NCBI GenBank assembly: GCA_043228905.1
Contig: JBHGNT010000009.1
Span: 15,252,001-15,316,000 of the forward strand
Reading direction: 5' to 3'
From: Azolla caroliniana
Lineage: Eukaryota > Plantae > Polypodiophyta
DNA: 64,000 nt
The translations under genes and the position numbers were made by a program. This document shows positions 1 through 12,116 of the stretch, in pieces. Each line of letters begins with the position of its first letter. The first letter of the stretch is position 1. The notes beneath the pieces are model-generated. The model made no database searches. It saw only the letters and a program-made list of their open reading frames with translations, and was not told the DNA's origin.

Positions 1-2990
1 GGTGTATCCACACCTTTTTGAAAAGGCTGATAAAACAAAACTTGTTTGTGATGCATGTGAATTTGGTAAGCTTACTAAAAGCTCATATGCTAGTTCAGGT
101 CATAGTAGTTCCCATGCATTTGATGTAATACACTCCGATGTTTGGGGACTATGTTCCACAAGTTCTATTAATGGATATCGATATTTTGTCTCTTTCATTG
201 ACTGCTTCTCTCGTGTGACTTGGTTATATTTGATGAGGAAAAAGAATGAAGTATTTGCTTGTTTTAAAGATTTTCATAGAGCAGTTCAAACTCAATATGG
301 TGCAGTAGTAAAAGTGTTGAGGTCTGATAATGAAACAGAGTATGCTAACATGACATTTAGGGCATACCTCTCAGATCAAGGAATACAACATCAAACTACA
401 TGCCCATATATACCAGAACAAAATGAAGTAGCAGAGAGGAAGTATAGACATCTTATAGACATCAATAGAATGCCCTCTAGAATATTGGAGTGGAAGTCTC
501 CATGTGAGTTGTTGCAAGGCAATAACTCTGGAATCCTTCCTTTGAAGGTGTTTGGATGTGTGTGTTTTGTAAAGGACAATAGACCATCTGTAGGAAAACT
601 TGATCCTAAAGCTGTAAAATGTGTATTTGTGGGATACTCTGCCACACAAAAAGGCTGTGTTTGCTGGAGTCCAGTAGAGAAGAGATTATTTGTGAGCATG
701 GATGTGCATTTCAGAGAGTCAGAGCCATATTATAAACAAGGGGTAACTTCACCCTTTGATGATGTAATTGAAACTGAAAATATGAGGGAAGGAGATAATG
801 GTGAGAGGTTGCTAAAAATAGGATCAATTCCTTTACTGATCCCTACATCAGTTGAGAAACAAGTGAGCGTAGGCGGTACGGAAGAAGGAAACGAAGCCGA
901 GGAGCCTATATGTGTTGGGACTCAAGGTGATGGGGAGCTAAAGGTGTATACAAGGAAGAGGAGGTAGAAAGAAGGAAATATGAACACATCTTCAGTGCCA
1001 CATGTGCCATCAAGTTCCATTTCCCGACCTGCCTCGACTTTTGAAATACCTACAGAACTCCCAAACCCAGAAATCACAGGTGATATGATTTCCTCTCCTT
1101 CTCCTATAAAGATTAGGAGGACCTCTCGCAGTAATGCAGGAGTCCCTCCTGATCGTTATGGTTTTCCTCATGATATTGCTCAGTTTATCTCATATTCTAA
1201 CATATCAGCTACACATAGAGCATTCACTGCATCATTAGACTCTGTCACTTTACCCAAGTGTTGGCAGGTTGCTAAAGAAGATCCAAAATGGAAAGCAGCC
1301 ATGCAAGAAGAACTCGGAGCTCTTGAGAAGAACAAAACTTGGGAGATTGTGTCACTACCACCAGGAAAGAAGGCGGTTGGGTGCAAATGGGTGTTTACAA
1401 TAAAACAGACCCCAGAGGGAAAAATAGTTCGATATAAGGCACAATTGGTGGCTAAAGGATATAGTCAGACATATGGCATTGACTACGATGAGACTTTTGC
1501 ACCTGTGGCGAAGATGAGCACTGTTAGAACGCATATTTCCTTAGCAGTGAATAAGGATTGGAAATTACATCAATTAGATGTAAAAAAATGCATTCCTTCA
1601 TGGAGAGTTGATGGAGGAAGTGTACATGGATGTCCCCCCAGGTTTTGGTACAATTCAAACAATAGGTAAGGTTTGCAGACTAAGGAAGTCGCTTTATGAA
1701 CTGAAGCAATCTCCTCGAGCCTGATTCGCAGGTTAAGAAGGGCTATGGTGGGTATGGGATACCAACAGACAAATGTAGACCATACATTGTTTTTTCGACA
1801 ACACAAGGAGCATAGTACATTACTTGCTGTGTATGTGGATGATATAATTATCACGGGTAACGATGAAGGGGAAATTGCCCAACTGAAGGTGCAATTGGGT
1901 AAAGAGTTTGAGGTGAAGGATCTAGGATTGCTACGATACTTTCTTGGAATTGAGGTAGCTCGTGGAGCAGAAGGAGTTGTTCTATGTCAGCGAAAATATG
2001 TATTAGATCTTCTCACAGAAACTAGAATGTTGGATTGTAGGCCTGTAGCTTCTCCAATCGACCAAAAGATCAAGCTAACTGAACTTGCAGGAGAGAAAGT
2101 TGATCGTGAAAGGTATCAAAGATTGGTAGGTCGGCTGATTTATTTGACTCACACCCGTCCAGATATTTCATTTGCAGTAAGTGTGGTAAGTCGCTACATG
2201 CATGATTTGAGGAAAGATCATATGGATGCAGTGTACCATATTCTGAGATATCTCAAAGGTGCCCCGGGGAAGGGATTAATCTTTAGAAAACATGGTCATT
2301 TTAACATTGAGGGCTATTGTGATTCTGATTGGCTAGTTGTGCTGATGATAGGAAATCCACATCAGGATACTGCATGTTTGTTGGAGGCAATCTGGTCTCT
2401 TGGAAGAGTAAGAAACAGTTAGTAGTAGCAAGGTCAACAGCGGAAGCAGAGTATAGAGCTATTGCTATAGGAGTTGCAAAGATGTTATGGCTGAGAACTC
2501 TCCTAGTAGAACTATGTGAATCAAGAAAATCAGATGTTGTGGTGTGACAATAAGTCAACAATCAGCATTGCCAATAATCTGGTACAGCACGATAGGACCA
2601 AGCACATCGAAATCGACAGATTCTTTATCAAGGAAAAGCTTGATAATGGAATATTAAAATTGAGTCATGTTTCTACTGAACATCAAGTAGCAGATTGTCT
2701 TACAAAGGGACTTGGGCCAGTAAGTCTTACTAGATTGTGTGACAAGATGGGCTTAGTGGATATTTTTCGCCCATCTTGAGGGGGAGTGTTGAGAATGTTT
2801 AAAAGTTATAATGGCTAGCCCAACAGCTAGTTATTTCCAACAGCTAGTTAGCCGAACGGCCATATCTTGTCCTTTATAAAGAGGTACTTTCTCCTCGTGT
2901 AAAAATAAGCAATCTCTGTATTTTCTCCCTCCTGTTGTGACATACCAATGTATATTACTGAACAGATGTGCCTTCTCATTTTTCTTTACA
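1..2990 (+). mobile_element. Ty1/Copia LTR retrotransposon, 3' part (integrase, RT, RNase H, PPT, 3' LTR), frameshifted; lies in an intron of the LIG4-like gene
   Basis: ORFs 2-967 (HSDVWG, LRSDN integrase), 980-2422 (GCKWVF, YVDD RT) and 2329-2779 (WKSKKQ, TKHIEID RNase H). PPT GAGGGGGAG at 2778-2786; LTR TG(2787)...CA(2990). Confidence 0.93.
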
Positions 2991-2997
2991 ACCAATT

Positions 2998-3320
2998 AAT
3001 GTGCTTGGTTCATGGGTGGTTCACACAGTGTGCCAAAGGCAATACAACACTGTTTTGCCATGCAGAACCAGTTTTAGGAACCTTTTGACCCTTTCTTGTT
3101 GCTCACCATCCAATTTGAACTTGAGGACTTGTGTTTGGAATATACATGTTCCACTGTGGAATAAATGTGCTTGGTTCATAGGTGGTTCACACAGTGTGCA
3201 AAAGGCAATACAACACTGTTTTTGCCACGGATAAGCAGTTCTTGGAACCGTTTGAACCTCTCTTGGTGCTTGCCATTCAGTTTGAACTTGAGCACCTGTT
3301 TTCGGAATATACATGTTCCA
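2998..3320. repeat. Two diverged tandem copies of a ~166-bp fold-back unit
   Basis: Units at ~2998-3153 and ~3164-3320 both start AATGTGCTTGGTTCA and end GGAATATACATGTTCCA. Confidence 0.85.
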
Positions 3321-3452
3321 TTGTGATTTCCCTTGCTTCTTGACATGTGCATTAAATGGGCTATACATTTGTTGTTTCAACATTTCATGCCAACTTATGA
3401 GAGGGAGAGAGGAAGATATTTGGTTGACTGAATAGACTCTTCATGTCTGCAG

Positions 3453-6400
3453 GTGTGTTGTATCCTTTCCAGACAGTGGTAAACTGTTGTATCATTACCT
3501 TGCTAGTGGGCAGGAATATTATCAAGAGGAAGTTAATGGCTCAATATTTAAAGCCATGATATTCCTTATAGTTTGCAAATGAAGCATCTGATTCAATTTA
3601 GAAAATAAAAACCATAAGATTGAGCTGAACGTTTCTTTAAAGCTATTATAGACATGATTTGATTTCTTTAATATTAATAATTCAGACGTGGTTTTTGATA
3701 TACTCTATGAAGGGCAATATGGCAGCATAACACATCTCCCTTTGAAGAGACGCCGAGAGATATTGAATCAGATTTTGCATCCGAATTTGTCACAACAAAT
3801 ATTCTGTACAGCTACAGGTAGCTTACTTTTTTGTTGAAAATCGTGGTATTTCAACATATACTCAAAGTTAGAGAGAAAGTGTAGTATTTTACTTACATTT
3901 CACATGATAGTAGAGTCTTATCTATATATGTTGTGAAAATTCTCTAAAATGTTGCCTCGATACTATTTCTAACATTAGAGTTTCACCCACCATGTCAGAC
4001 TTTTTTGACTATAAATAAAGTATTTTGATGAAAAGAAAGAAAGGTATATTTATTTCTTTTAAGAGACCATAATTGGCCTCCAAGACCAAACAGGAGATTA
4101 CATCTTTGAGAATAACAACACAACAATATAATTAAAGATAGAGTACTATCTAGTTATCGAAAGACTTAAAGATTTTGAACTTAGATAGACTGTAACATCT
4201 GCACCTAAAAATCGCCATGAACTGTTCCAATATTGAGAAATATCTAAAGTGAGGGAAGCACCTTTTGTGCCGGGTGATAATGGTCTTTATTTGTCGATGA
4301 CAAGGACGACGAGTTCATGGTGTATATGTGTGGCAAATTGCTATTGTTTGATCTTTTGTTAACCCTTTCGATTATCATGGTTGAGACCCTAATTGTGTAG
4401 TCCTTGATCAATTTGTCGCATGTGTGTTGGTTCTAAAAAACTTCTTCGTTGTTCTCCTTCAATGATTTGTTATTGTTCTTCAACAACCCCCCTCCCCTCT
4501 CTCTCTCTTAGTTCAAGCAAGAAAAGTCTAAGCATTGTTGGTCTTCATATTCCATTACTTTGCGTAGTGGGCCAAATTATTGTTTTAAGAGGTAGTGATA
4601 TGTACTGCTTATTTCATAAAAAACAGCACACTGACAAACATACGGTTCTTCCAATTCCACCCCAAGGTGGTGTAATTGGGAGATCCATTCCTCCATAAAT
4701 TTGCGTGCATATACACACATGTATATATGTATGTATTTATGTCTGTGTATCTCAATCTCTAATTGATATGAAGAGGTCTTGAGTTGCCCTATCACACTGC
4801 AGATGTTATGGGGCTGAATCATGCTCTTTTATTAACCAATTCAATAATGTCGGTAGAAAGAAAGATATATTAATGTCTTTTAATTTATCTGTCTGTTGGA
4901 TTTCCAGAGGACTGTGAGTGGACAACAATCCCTGCCAGTTTGGATGAGCTGAAAGAATTCTTTTGGACCATGGTTGAAAAAGGGTCTGCTATTTATGTTA
5001 TTGACGCATGCATATTGATTTTCACATCTCTTTGATTGTGATGTGGATATAAGAAATGAAATTACTGACAATTATCAGGAATGAGGGTATAGTTGTTAAA
5101 GACCTGCATTCCCAATGGGTGCCAGACAATCGGGATGGTCGCTGGTGCAAAATCAAACCTGATTATGTGCTGTATGGAAGTGATCTTGATCTCCTCATAA
5201 TCGGTAAGTTTTCTTAGTGAAGCCCAACTTCAGCATTTATGATTATGTGAAGAATCATATTTTTGTGACACGAATTTTGCAGGTGGCTATTTTGGTTCTG
5301 GATCTCGGGGTGGGAAGGTAACTGAGAGTGACTGTGCATTTGAGAACCACCAGCATTTAGTTCTAATTCTGTTTGCAACCTTGCAATTCTTCATTTTTAT
5401 TCCCTCATTTGGCTTTTGTAGATAGAGAGTGCAACTTTTCCATATAAAATCTGATGATTTTACTGTGGCAGATTGCATCATACTTGTTGGCATTGGTGGA
5501 TGATCGAGGGGGTTCTTTTAGGTAACAAATTGTCCTTGTCAAGTGTGACAATGGCACATATATTTCATGTTGTAGTCATATTATTCACCAGTAAGGATAC
5601 ACAAAAAGGACATTGAATTTAATCTACTGCCTAGTTGTAAATTCTGATTGTGGCCTTTAGGTATGATTAAGTAAAAACATGGATTTTTAGTTAAAGACAT
5701 CAATAACCAAGCATAAATTATCTGGTACAGATTGCTATAAACATATGCATGATTTATTGTCATGAATTATCCATTATGTGCTGTATTATGGTAATATGAT
5801 ACTGGATATGTCTTTCATGCAGATTCACAACAATATGTCGATGTGGGCAAGGTCTGTCAGTGGATGAATCTTCTATTCTGGAAAGCAAGCTCTCTCCTTA
5901 TATCATGTGCGTTTTGCTGTATTATCTTTTTATGAAGAAAGTTCCCATTTTCACAAGTTCCTTTGTGGGATGGTGATTGCCTTACACCCATATTTTGTGA
6001 TATATATCCCAACACTGATTCATCATGGTTCTGCAGAAAAAACGAGAAAGGAGGTAAACCACCTGCTACATGTGGCTATATGGTCACAAATAGTCGCTAT
6101 GAATGTCCTGATGTGTGGATCTCAAGACCTGAGAAGTAATTTTTTTGTCTCGTGTGTTATTCTTTTACTTCTCAACTTTTCAATGTTTAAGAAAAATGAG
6201 TTTACAGGTCAGTTGTGTTACAAATTTCATCTGAGAAACGCATTTATCCAACTGGGGTAATTAATCTTCAAACGTTAAATAGTGTGCCTATATCTTATGC
6301 TTCGCTCAAGTTTTTTTTGATATTGCCAGACATTCAAAGCAGGATGGACTTTCCGCTTTCCAAGAATCATGAGAGTAAGGTACGACAAGTGTTGGAATGA

Positions 6401-9400
6401 GGCTCTTCATGTACAAGGTGAGAAAGTCATGTCTTTGAAATATTGTTACAGTAGCACTGCTACATATTGTAAAGGATGAATGATAATCAACATTACGATT
6501 GATTGGGTGCATAATATCATGTTTGTCAAGGATGAATGATAATTAACATTACAATTGATTGGGTGCATAATATCATGTGAAACAATGAACATTTGCGTAT
6601 ATACTAGATAAACTAGACAACACGAAAAGCTGAACCATAGCTTTTGGATCTTTGTAATTGTTTCTGAACCATCCTTAAAATATAACATAATTCAGAGTTT
6701 GAAGATATAATCCGAGCTGCCAAGCAAACTGGCAATAGCATGCTTGTGTCTCGGAACTTTAACAAGCTGGATTATCCATTACAACCAAAAAGGAAGACAC
6801 ATACAAGAGAACATCATGTTGTGCCTCATTTGCAGAATTTGGATGTGTCACATATTGAACAAATTGATGGGGTTTTCGAGGGTTTGATATTTTGTATCCT
6901 TCAGTACAAATGTGGATTTTTTTATTAATTCATAGAATGTATAATAATGATTGTGAAAATAAATATCCTTGACTGCAGCATAAAGATATCTGTGGCAGCG
7001 TTAATATTCCAGGAACAGAGAGCTTACAAGCTCAAATTAAACGCTTTGGAGGTAGAACAGTACCAAACTTCATTCATTCTGTGACCCACGTCCTTGCATG
7101 TGAACCAAAAGGTACGAAATTTATAATCAAGCTGCACGTGAATGCTTTTGAAATGGGCTTTCAGTGGTTATGTATGACTATAAAATGATTATTCAAGTAT
7201 TGCTTTTTTAGTTCATACATGGTTGTTAAGTGAAATAAATCGTAATTCTTGCAAAGCTATAGCCAAATGGCTATATCTGATTTAGTGTAGGCCACATGGT
7301 GATTTTTGGCACACAGGTAATATAGGTCCTGTTTCTATTCCAAAAAGGCAAGACAGACTATGTTGCAAGGAATTTAACATCAGAGAGATGAGACTAGGGA
7401 GAGAGATAGTTGCAAAAGACAGTTATCCTTGGACAAATAAACAGTATGCAAGACAGGGCAACTGATGCCCAAATTAAGAAACTATTATTCCTGGATTATT
7501 TTGGGGCTTGATGCAAGCATTTCTGATTCCCACATTTTTCTAATATGAAACCTTGTCTATATTTTAGGCCTCCAATTTCATGTTGCTGTTGACAATGATC
7601 GTGATATCATTTCAATTGATTGGATTTCGGAATGTATCAATTCGAAGATGCTTCTGCCGATTTCTCCAAGGTTAATAATCATCAACAAGGAGAAAAAGTA
7701 GACAAACAAATATACTGATTGTTTATCCATTTCTGAATGCATTTCCACTATTGGTTTACAGGCATTATCTATTTCAGAGTCGAACTACGAAGGAGAAGCT
7801 TAATATGGATATTGATGCATATGGTGATCCTTGGTTTGAAGATGTTGCTAAAGATGATTTGCTGCAGGTTTCTGACTGCTCTTGCAAAATCATTGGTTGG
7901 GTCATGACACAACTATGCATGAAATTTCTGTGCTTATCTACAACTTTTCCTAGACCACGTTTCGGAGGAGTATTTGCAAGTTCTAGCTGTTTCTAAATTG
8001 ATTTGTTTGGCATAAAACTTGGGAAGGTCTATAAAATATTTCCCACTCTAGACCAAGTTTCGGAGGAATATTTGCAAGTTCTAGCTGTTTCTGAATTGAT
8101 TTGTTTGGCATAGAACTTGGGAAGGTCTATAAAATATTTCCCATCATTTCTCTTGGAATTGAGTATATGGGCAGAGTGGAATGGCTGCCGTTCAGCTGGA
8201 CAGGCAGGCTTTTGCAGGGGGTTCGCAACTTTGGATTACATATTGACCCTCCGAGCCCTTATCTAGGATGGCAGAGCCAGCATAAGAGGTTTTATTGCTG
8301 CTTTGTGGATTTCCGAAAAGCGACTGTGCCAAGTGCTCAGCTTATGCAATGGCTAGAAGCCCTTGGTGTTCCTACAGATATGCAATGGGGAATCTATGCA
8401 CTCTATGAATCTGTGTCAGGAAAAGTACTGTCTTCCAAAGGAAGGTCAGAGGCGGTGGCTCAATCGGAGTGAAGCAAGGATGCCCACTATTGCCCACTAT
8501 CTTCCGTCTTTATATAGATGGGCTATCACATTACATAGAGAGATTCGGGGCTTTGGGAGCATGCCTAGCAGGTATAGCTATACAAATATTACTATATGTT
8601 GATGATATTATCCTGATTTCTGACTCTCCGGAGGGATTACAAAGACATCTAAATGCCTTGAAACTATTCTGTACGAACAAAGGTTTGTCGATAAACATGG
8701 ATAAAACTAATGTGATGTTATTTAACATCACTCAAGCACGGGTAATAAGACCAGAACCAGAATTCTTGTTGGGAGAGGAAAACATGGAATACACACCCCT
8801 ACACATACCTAGGAGTAACATTTACAGGGCCCAAGGTCTCCTTACGGAAGGCTGCTTTTGCCCGACTTTCTTGTGGATATGCAGCCCTTGGTGCTCTCAA
8901 AAGACAATGCACACATTTGCATTTCCAAACGCCAGGAACTCAGCTATGGTTATTTGATACACTTGCCACACCAACTCTTCTCTATGGAGTAGAAACATGG
9001 GGACCAAGTCTTAACAAGTAAAGTCATTGGAAAGATTTAGTGAGACCTTTAGTGTCAATGATAGCCTGCATGATAACGAGTAAAGCATCGATGCCCTGTG
9101 ATATAATCTGGGCAGAGATGGGAGCAGCCCCTATAATCACTGAGGCTTTGTTCTAATCAATGACCTGTATCCAACCTCTTTGGGAGCTCCATAAACGAAG
9201 GTACCCAAGGTTGACACTTATGTCATCAAGACAACTGACTGAAAATGGGGACATTCATTATTGGTATGCTGAAATGCAGCAACGGTTCGAGTCACATGGC
9301 ATACGCATAAATGTACTACCCCTGTTCCAATATAGCTTGGACTGTCCCCATCTAAATATGATCAAAGTGGAAAAGAATAGAGTGATCTGAACTGATATTT

Positions 9401-12116
9401 ATTAACTTGGAAAACAAGATAACATGGATCAGCCCCAAAATATCACTTGGTATGAAGATGGCCACTGCAAGATATATTTTTTACACACATCGGAGGATGG
9501 ATCCATCATCAGACAACCTTATATGGACATACATCTAGATTCTATCCTATGCGTTGTGCAGTGTGATAGGGCAGCTGCGAACTTCTCACATTAGTTAGAA
9601 ATTGAGGTAGGCAGATATACACTAATATCTCTAGAAGAAAGAATTTGCCAATTGTGTCATCAAGGAATGGAATCTGAAGAACACTATGTTTGTCATTGTA
9701 GTGTCTTTTATGAAACAGGAGGGAGATACCATTGCCTCTTTAAAGAAGGCTATGGCCCATTACGCAAGGTAATGGAATATGAGGACCAATGGTGCCTAGG
9801 ACTTTTCTTGCTAGAACTAAAGAGACATAGGGAAAAGTTGTTGGGGAAGGACAATAGTACAAGCCATAGAAGCTCATCCACAAAGAATAGTCACAATTTT
9901 CTTTAGCCCCATCACTCCTACTAACGCTACAAGTCAATAAAGGGATAGACAAATGGGCTTGTGACTAGGATATAACAAAGGGGTTACAATAGATTGGGCA
10001 ATAACAATTTATCGTGCACATCGGCCCCGGCCCCAGCCCAATGGACCATGACCTCAACACCCTTGTCATCGATAGATAAAGGCCATTAATTCCCGCCATT
10101 GCAGGTGCTTCCCTTGCTTCAGTGGCCTCTCCATTCTAGATTGGTCTATGCTAGACATCTTTCAAAGAAAAAAGTTATAACATATCTAACTTCAGAATTT
10201 CACATGTGCCGGAAACCAGATTCATTAGTCTCATTTTATCTTGTTTACTTTTCTATTTACTTAGTAATTTTTTTGATTTTATTTTGATTTGTTGTTCTCA
10301 AAGATGAGACAACACTTACGATGTAATCTCTTGTTTGGTCTTATAGGCCATTTTGGCCTCTTAAAAGACGTTGATATATCTTTCTTTCTTGTTGACAATC
10401 CGTAAAATTGCACACTACTTTCCTGCTTGTATGTTGGAATGGATGGTTAATGTGTTCAAATAGCTGGAATATGAGAAGTTGTGGTAGTTGCCAATGTTAT
10501 ATCTGCTATAGAATGGAATGCACATTGTTGGCATCATCAACAAAAGTGTATATTTTATTTTTGAAAAGGTATTTAAAAACATGGGTGATAAGGGCTTGCC
10601 TGTTGCTGTACCACTTGAACTTCAACAATTACCATGGAAGTCTGGAAAGGACCGGTGTTGGAATCTGTTTGAGGGTTGCTGTTTTTACTTTCATAAACCT
10701 CTGCACTCCAAGTAAGTGTCGCTTCTGTCAACTCATCTTATCAAATGCCAATGTGTTGCAATATAAATGATATAGTGAAAACACTTGTTATTACTAAATG
10801 TTCGACAGGAATCAGGATTCTCTGTTTCTCTCTATGATGACACTAAGAAGGCTTCAACTAGAGATTGAAATGCTGGGAGCATCAGTATCATGTGAAGTTA
10901 CTGGCAATATAACACACGCAATCATTTATATGCCTTCAGAGTCATCGACAGTAATCATCAGAAGAATAGAACAAAGGTATGCTCCAGAAGGCTAGGTTTT
11001 AACTGAGAAAAGGTCAGCCAATTGTCCTATTTTTGGGAGGTTATTTTTAGTCCATCATCTAAGCAATGAACTGTCTTGGCAGTTTCAAGCAGTCTGAGAA
11101 AGAAATTTTACAAGCAACACAAGTCAGCATTATAAGTCATCAATGGCTAGAAGAATGTGTGAGAAAAAAGGAGAGGATTTGCATCATTCCATACGAACTG
11201 AGGTGGATTGCAGGCTGTATGAGTATTCTTTTGTTTTCATATTCATAGTCCTTGTATAATCATAAATGACTGGTATTTACATTTTTCATTCAGTAAAGGA
11301 GGTCATCTTTTTGTGAAGAAGACAGGGGATATGCAAAAAGCACCATCTGATTTCAATTTTCTTCAACGAAGTGGTTTAGAAATAATTAATGGTAGTCATG
11401 AAAGTAACGGAACAAATTTAGTTCCCAAACAGTTAAATAACTTATCTTGCAGTGAAGTACCTGTTAAAGATTCTCCAATCAGTACATGTTCAAGCAAAGT
11501 TATTCAAGGAGTACCAAATCATATTCGTAATTCCTGTAACCATGTGCCATTTGAATTTAATAAAGAGGAGAATCCATCTTCATCCTGTAGGGATCGAAGA
11601 AAAGGGAGGAATCTATGTACCCTCTCTAGGGATGATCAAAGGAAAGGGAGGAATCCATCTTCACCTTCTGGAGGTAATAGAAGAAAAGAGGAAAATCCCT
11701 TTCTGCTCTCTAGAGACGATAAAAAAGAACAGGGTTATCCATTCTCATCCTCCAGAGATGATCAAAGAAGGAAAAAACTATGCACAAGCCAGTGGAGGAA
11801 GTCCCCCAAATGCCGTATTTGGGGTGAAACCATGAATGAAACAAGTACAAGTAAAACAGATGGTGAAACCATGAAGGAAACAAGAATAAAAAGTAATACG
11901 GAAGAAGTAAAGACCAATACGAATAAGAAAAATTCTTTAGAAGAAATTGAAAGGGGTGATAATGAAGCATCTGGTACTGCATCGACTGCAAGTTGTGGAC
12001 TGCAAATTAATTATGCCACGCTCACACAATCACAAGCAGTATGGGAATCAGAGAGTCTTCAAGGTATTGCCCAAGTATATCTTGGATACTTACGTCCCAA
12101 GAGCTCCTTTGGGTGA
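3453..12116 (+). CDS. LIG4: DNA ligase IV-like protein (adenylation-domain C-terminal part, OB fold, two BRCT domains, long C-terminal tail); 5' exons lie upstream of the window
   Basis: Hand-spliced in-frame exons: 3453-3459, 3686-3817, 4908-4983, 5079-5203, 5283-5317, 5472-5521, 5823-5906, 6037-6135, 6208-6256, 6330-6417, 6696-6893, 6986-7111, 7568-7670, 7762-7867, 10569-10711, 10809-10976, 11083-11202, 11294-12116. Ligase motifs VCYVVFDILY, EGIVVKD, WCKIKPDY, DLLIIGGYFGSG, FRFPRIMRVRYDK. BRCT segments FEGLIFY...VTHVL...DWISEC and FEGCCFYF...ITHAI...HQWLEEC. Inter-BRCT DAYGDPWF resembles the XRCC4-binding region. Confidence 0.9.
3460..3685 (+). other. U12-type (minor spliceosome) GT-AG intron following a 7-nt microexon
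   Basis: 5' site GTATCCTTT, branch-like TTCTTTAAT at ~3664-3672, AG at 3684-3685; splicing restores V-C-Y-V-V-F-D. Confidence 0.85.
4032..4830 (-). mobile_element. 3' fragment of RTE/RTEX-like LINE, antisense in a LIG4 intron
   Basis: Reverse complement of the LINE tail (GAAAGAAAG...AAGAGACCATAATTGGCCT). ORF 4577-4822 (SVIGQLKTSSYQLEIEI) matches the LINE C-terminus at 43022. Confidence 0.8.
6472..6578. repeat. ~56-bp tandem duplication in an intron
   Basis: AAGGATGAATGATAAT(C/T)AACATTAC(G/A)ATTGATTGGGTGCATAATATCATG occurs twice. Confidence 0.85.
6894..6985 (+). other. Second U12-type GT-AG intron in the LIG4-like gene
   Basis: 5' site GTATCCTTC, branch site TCCTTGAC at 6966-6973, 3' AG at 6984-6985; splicing gives FEGLIF-Y-ICG in BRCT1. 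Confidence 0.88.
7950..8143. repeat. ~97-bp tandem duplication immediately 5' of a LINE insertion
   Basis: CTAGACCA...GGTCTATAAAATATTTCCCA occurs twice. Confidence 0.85.
8156..10389 (+). mobile_element. 5'-truncated, degenerate RTE/RTEX-like LINE in a LIG4 intron
   Basis: RT fragments [23 protein letters not shown]; C-terminal RICQLC...EEHYVCHC zinc motif; 3' tail AGGCCATTTTGGCCT...ATATCTTTCTTTC. Confidence 0.9.
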
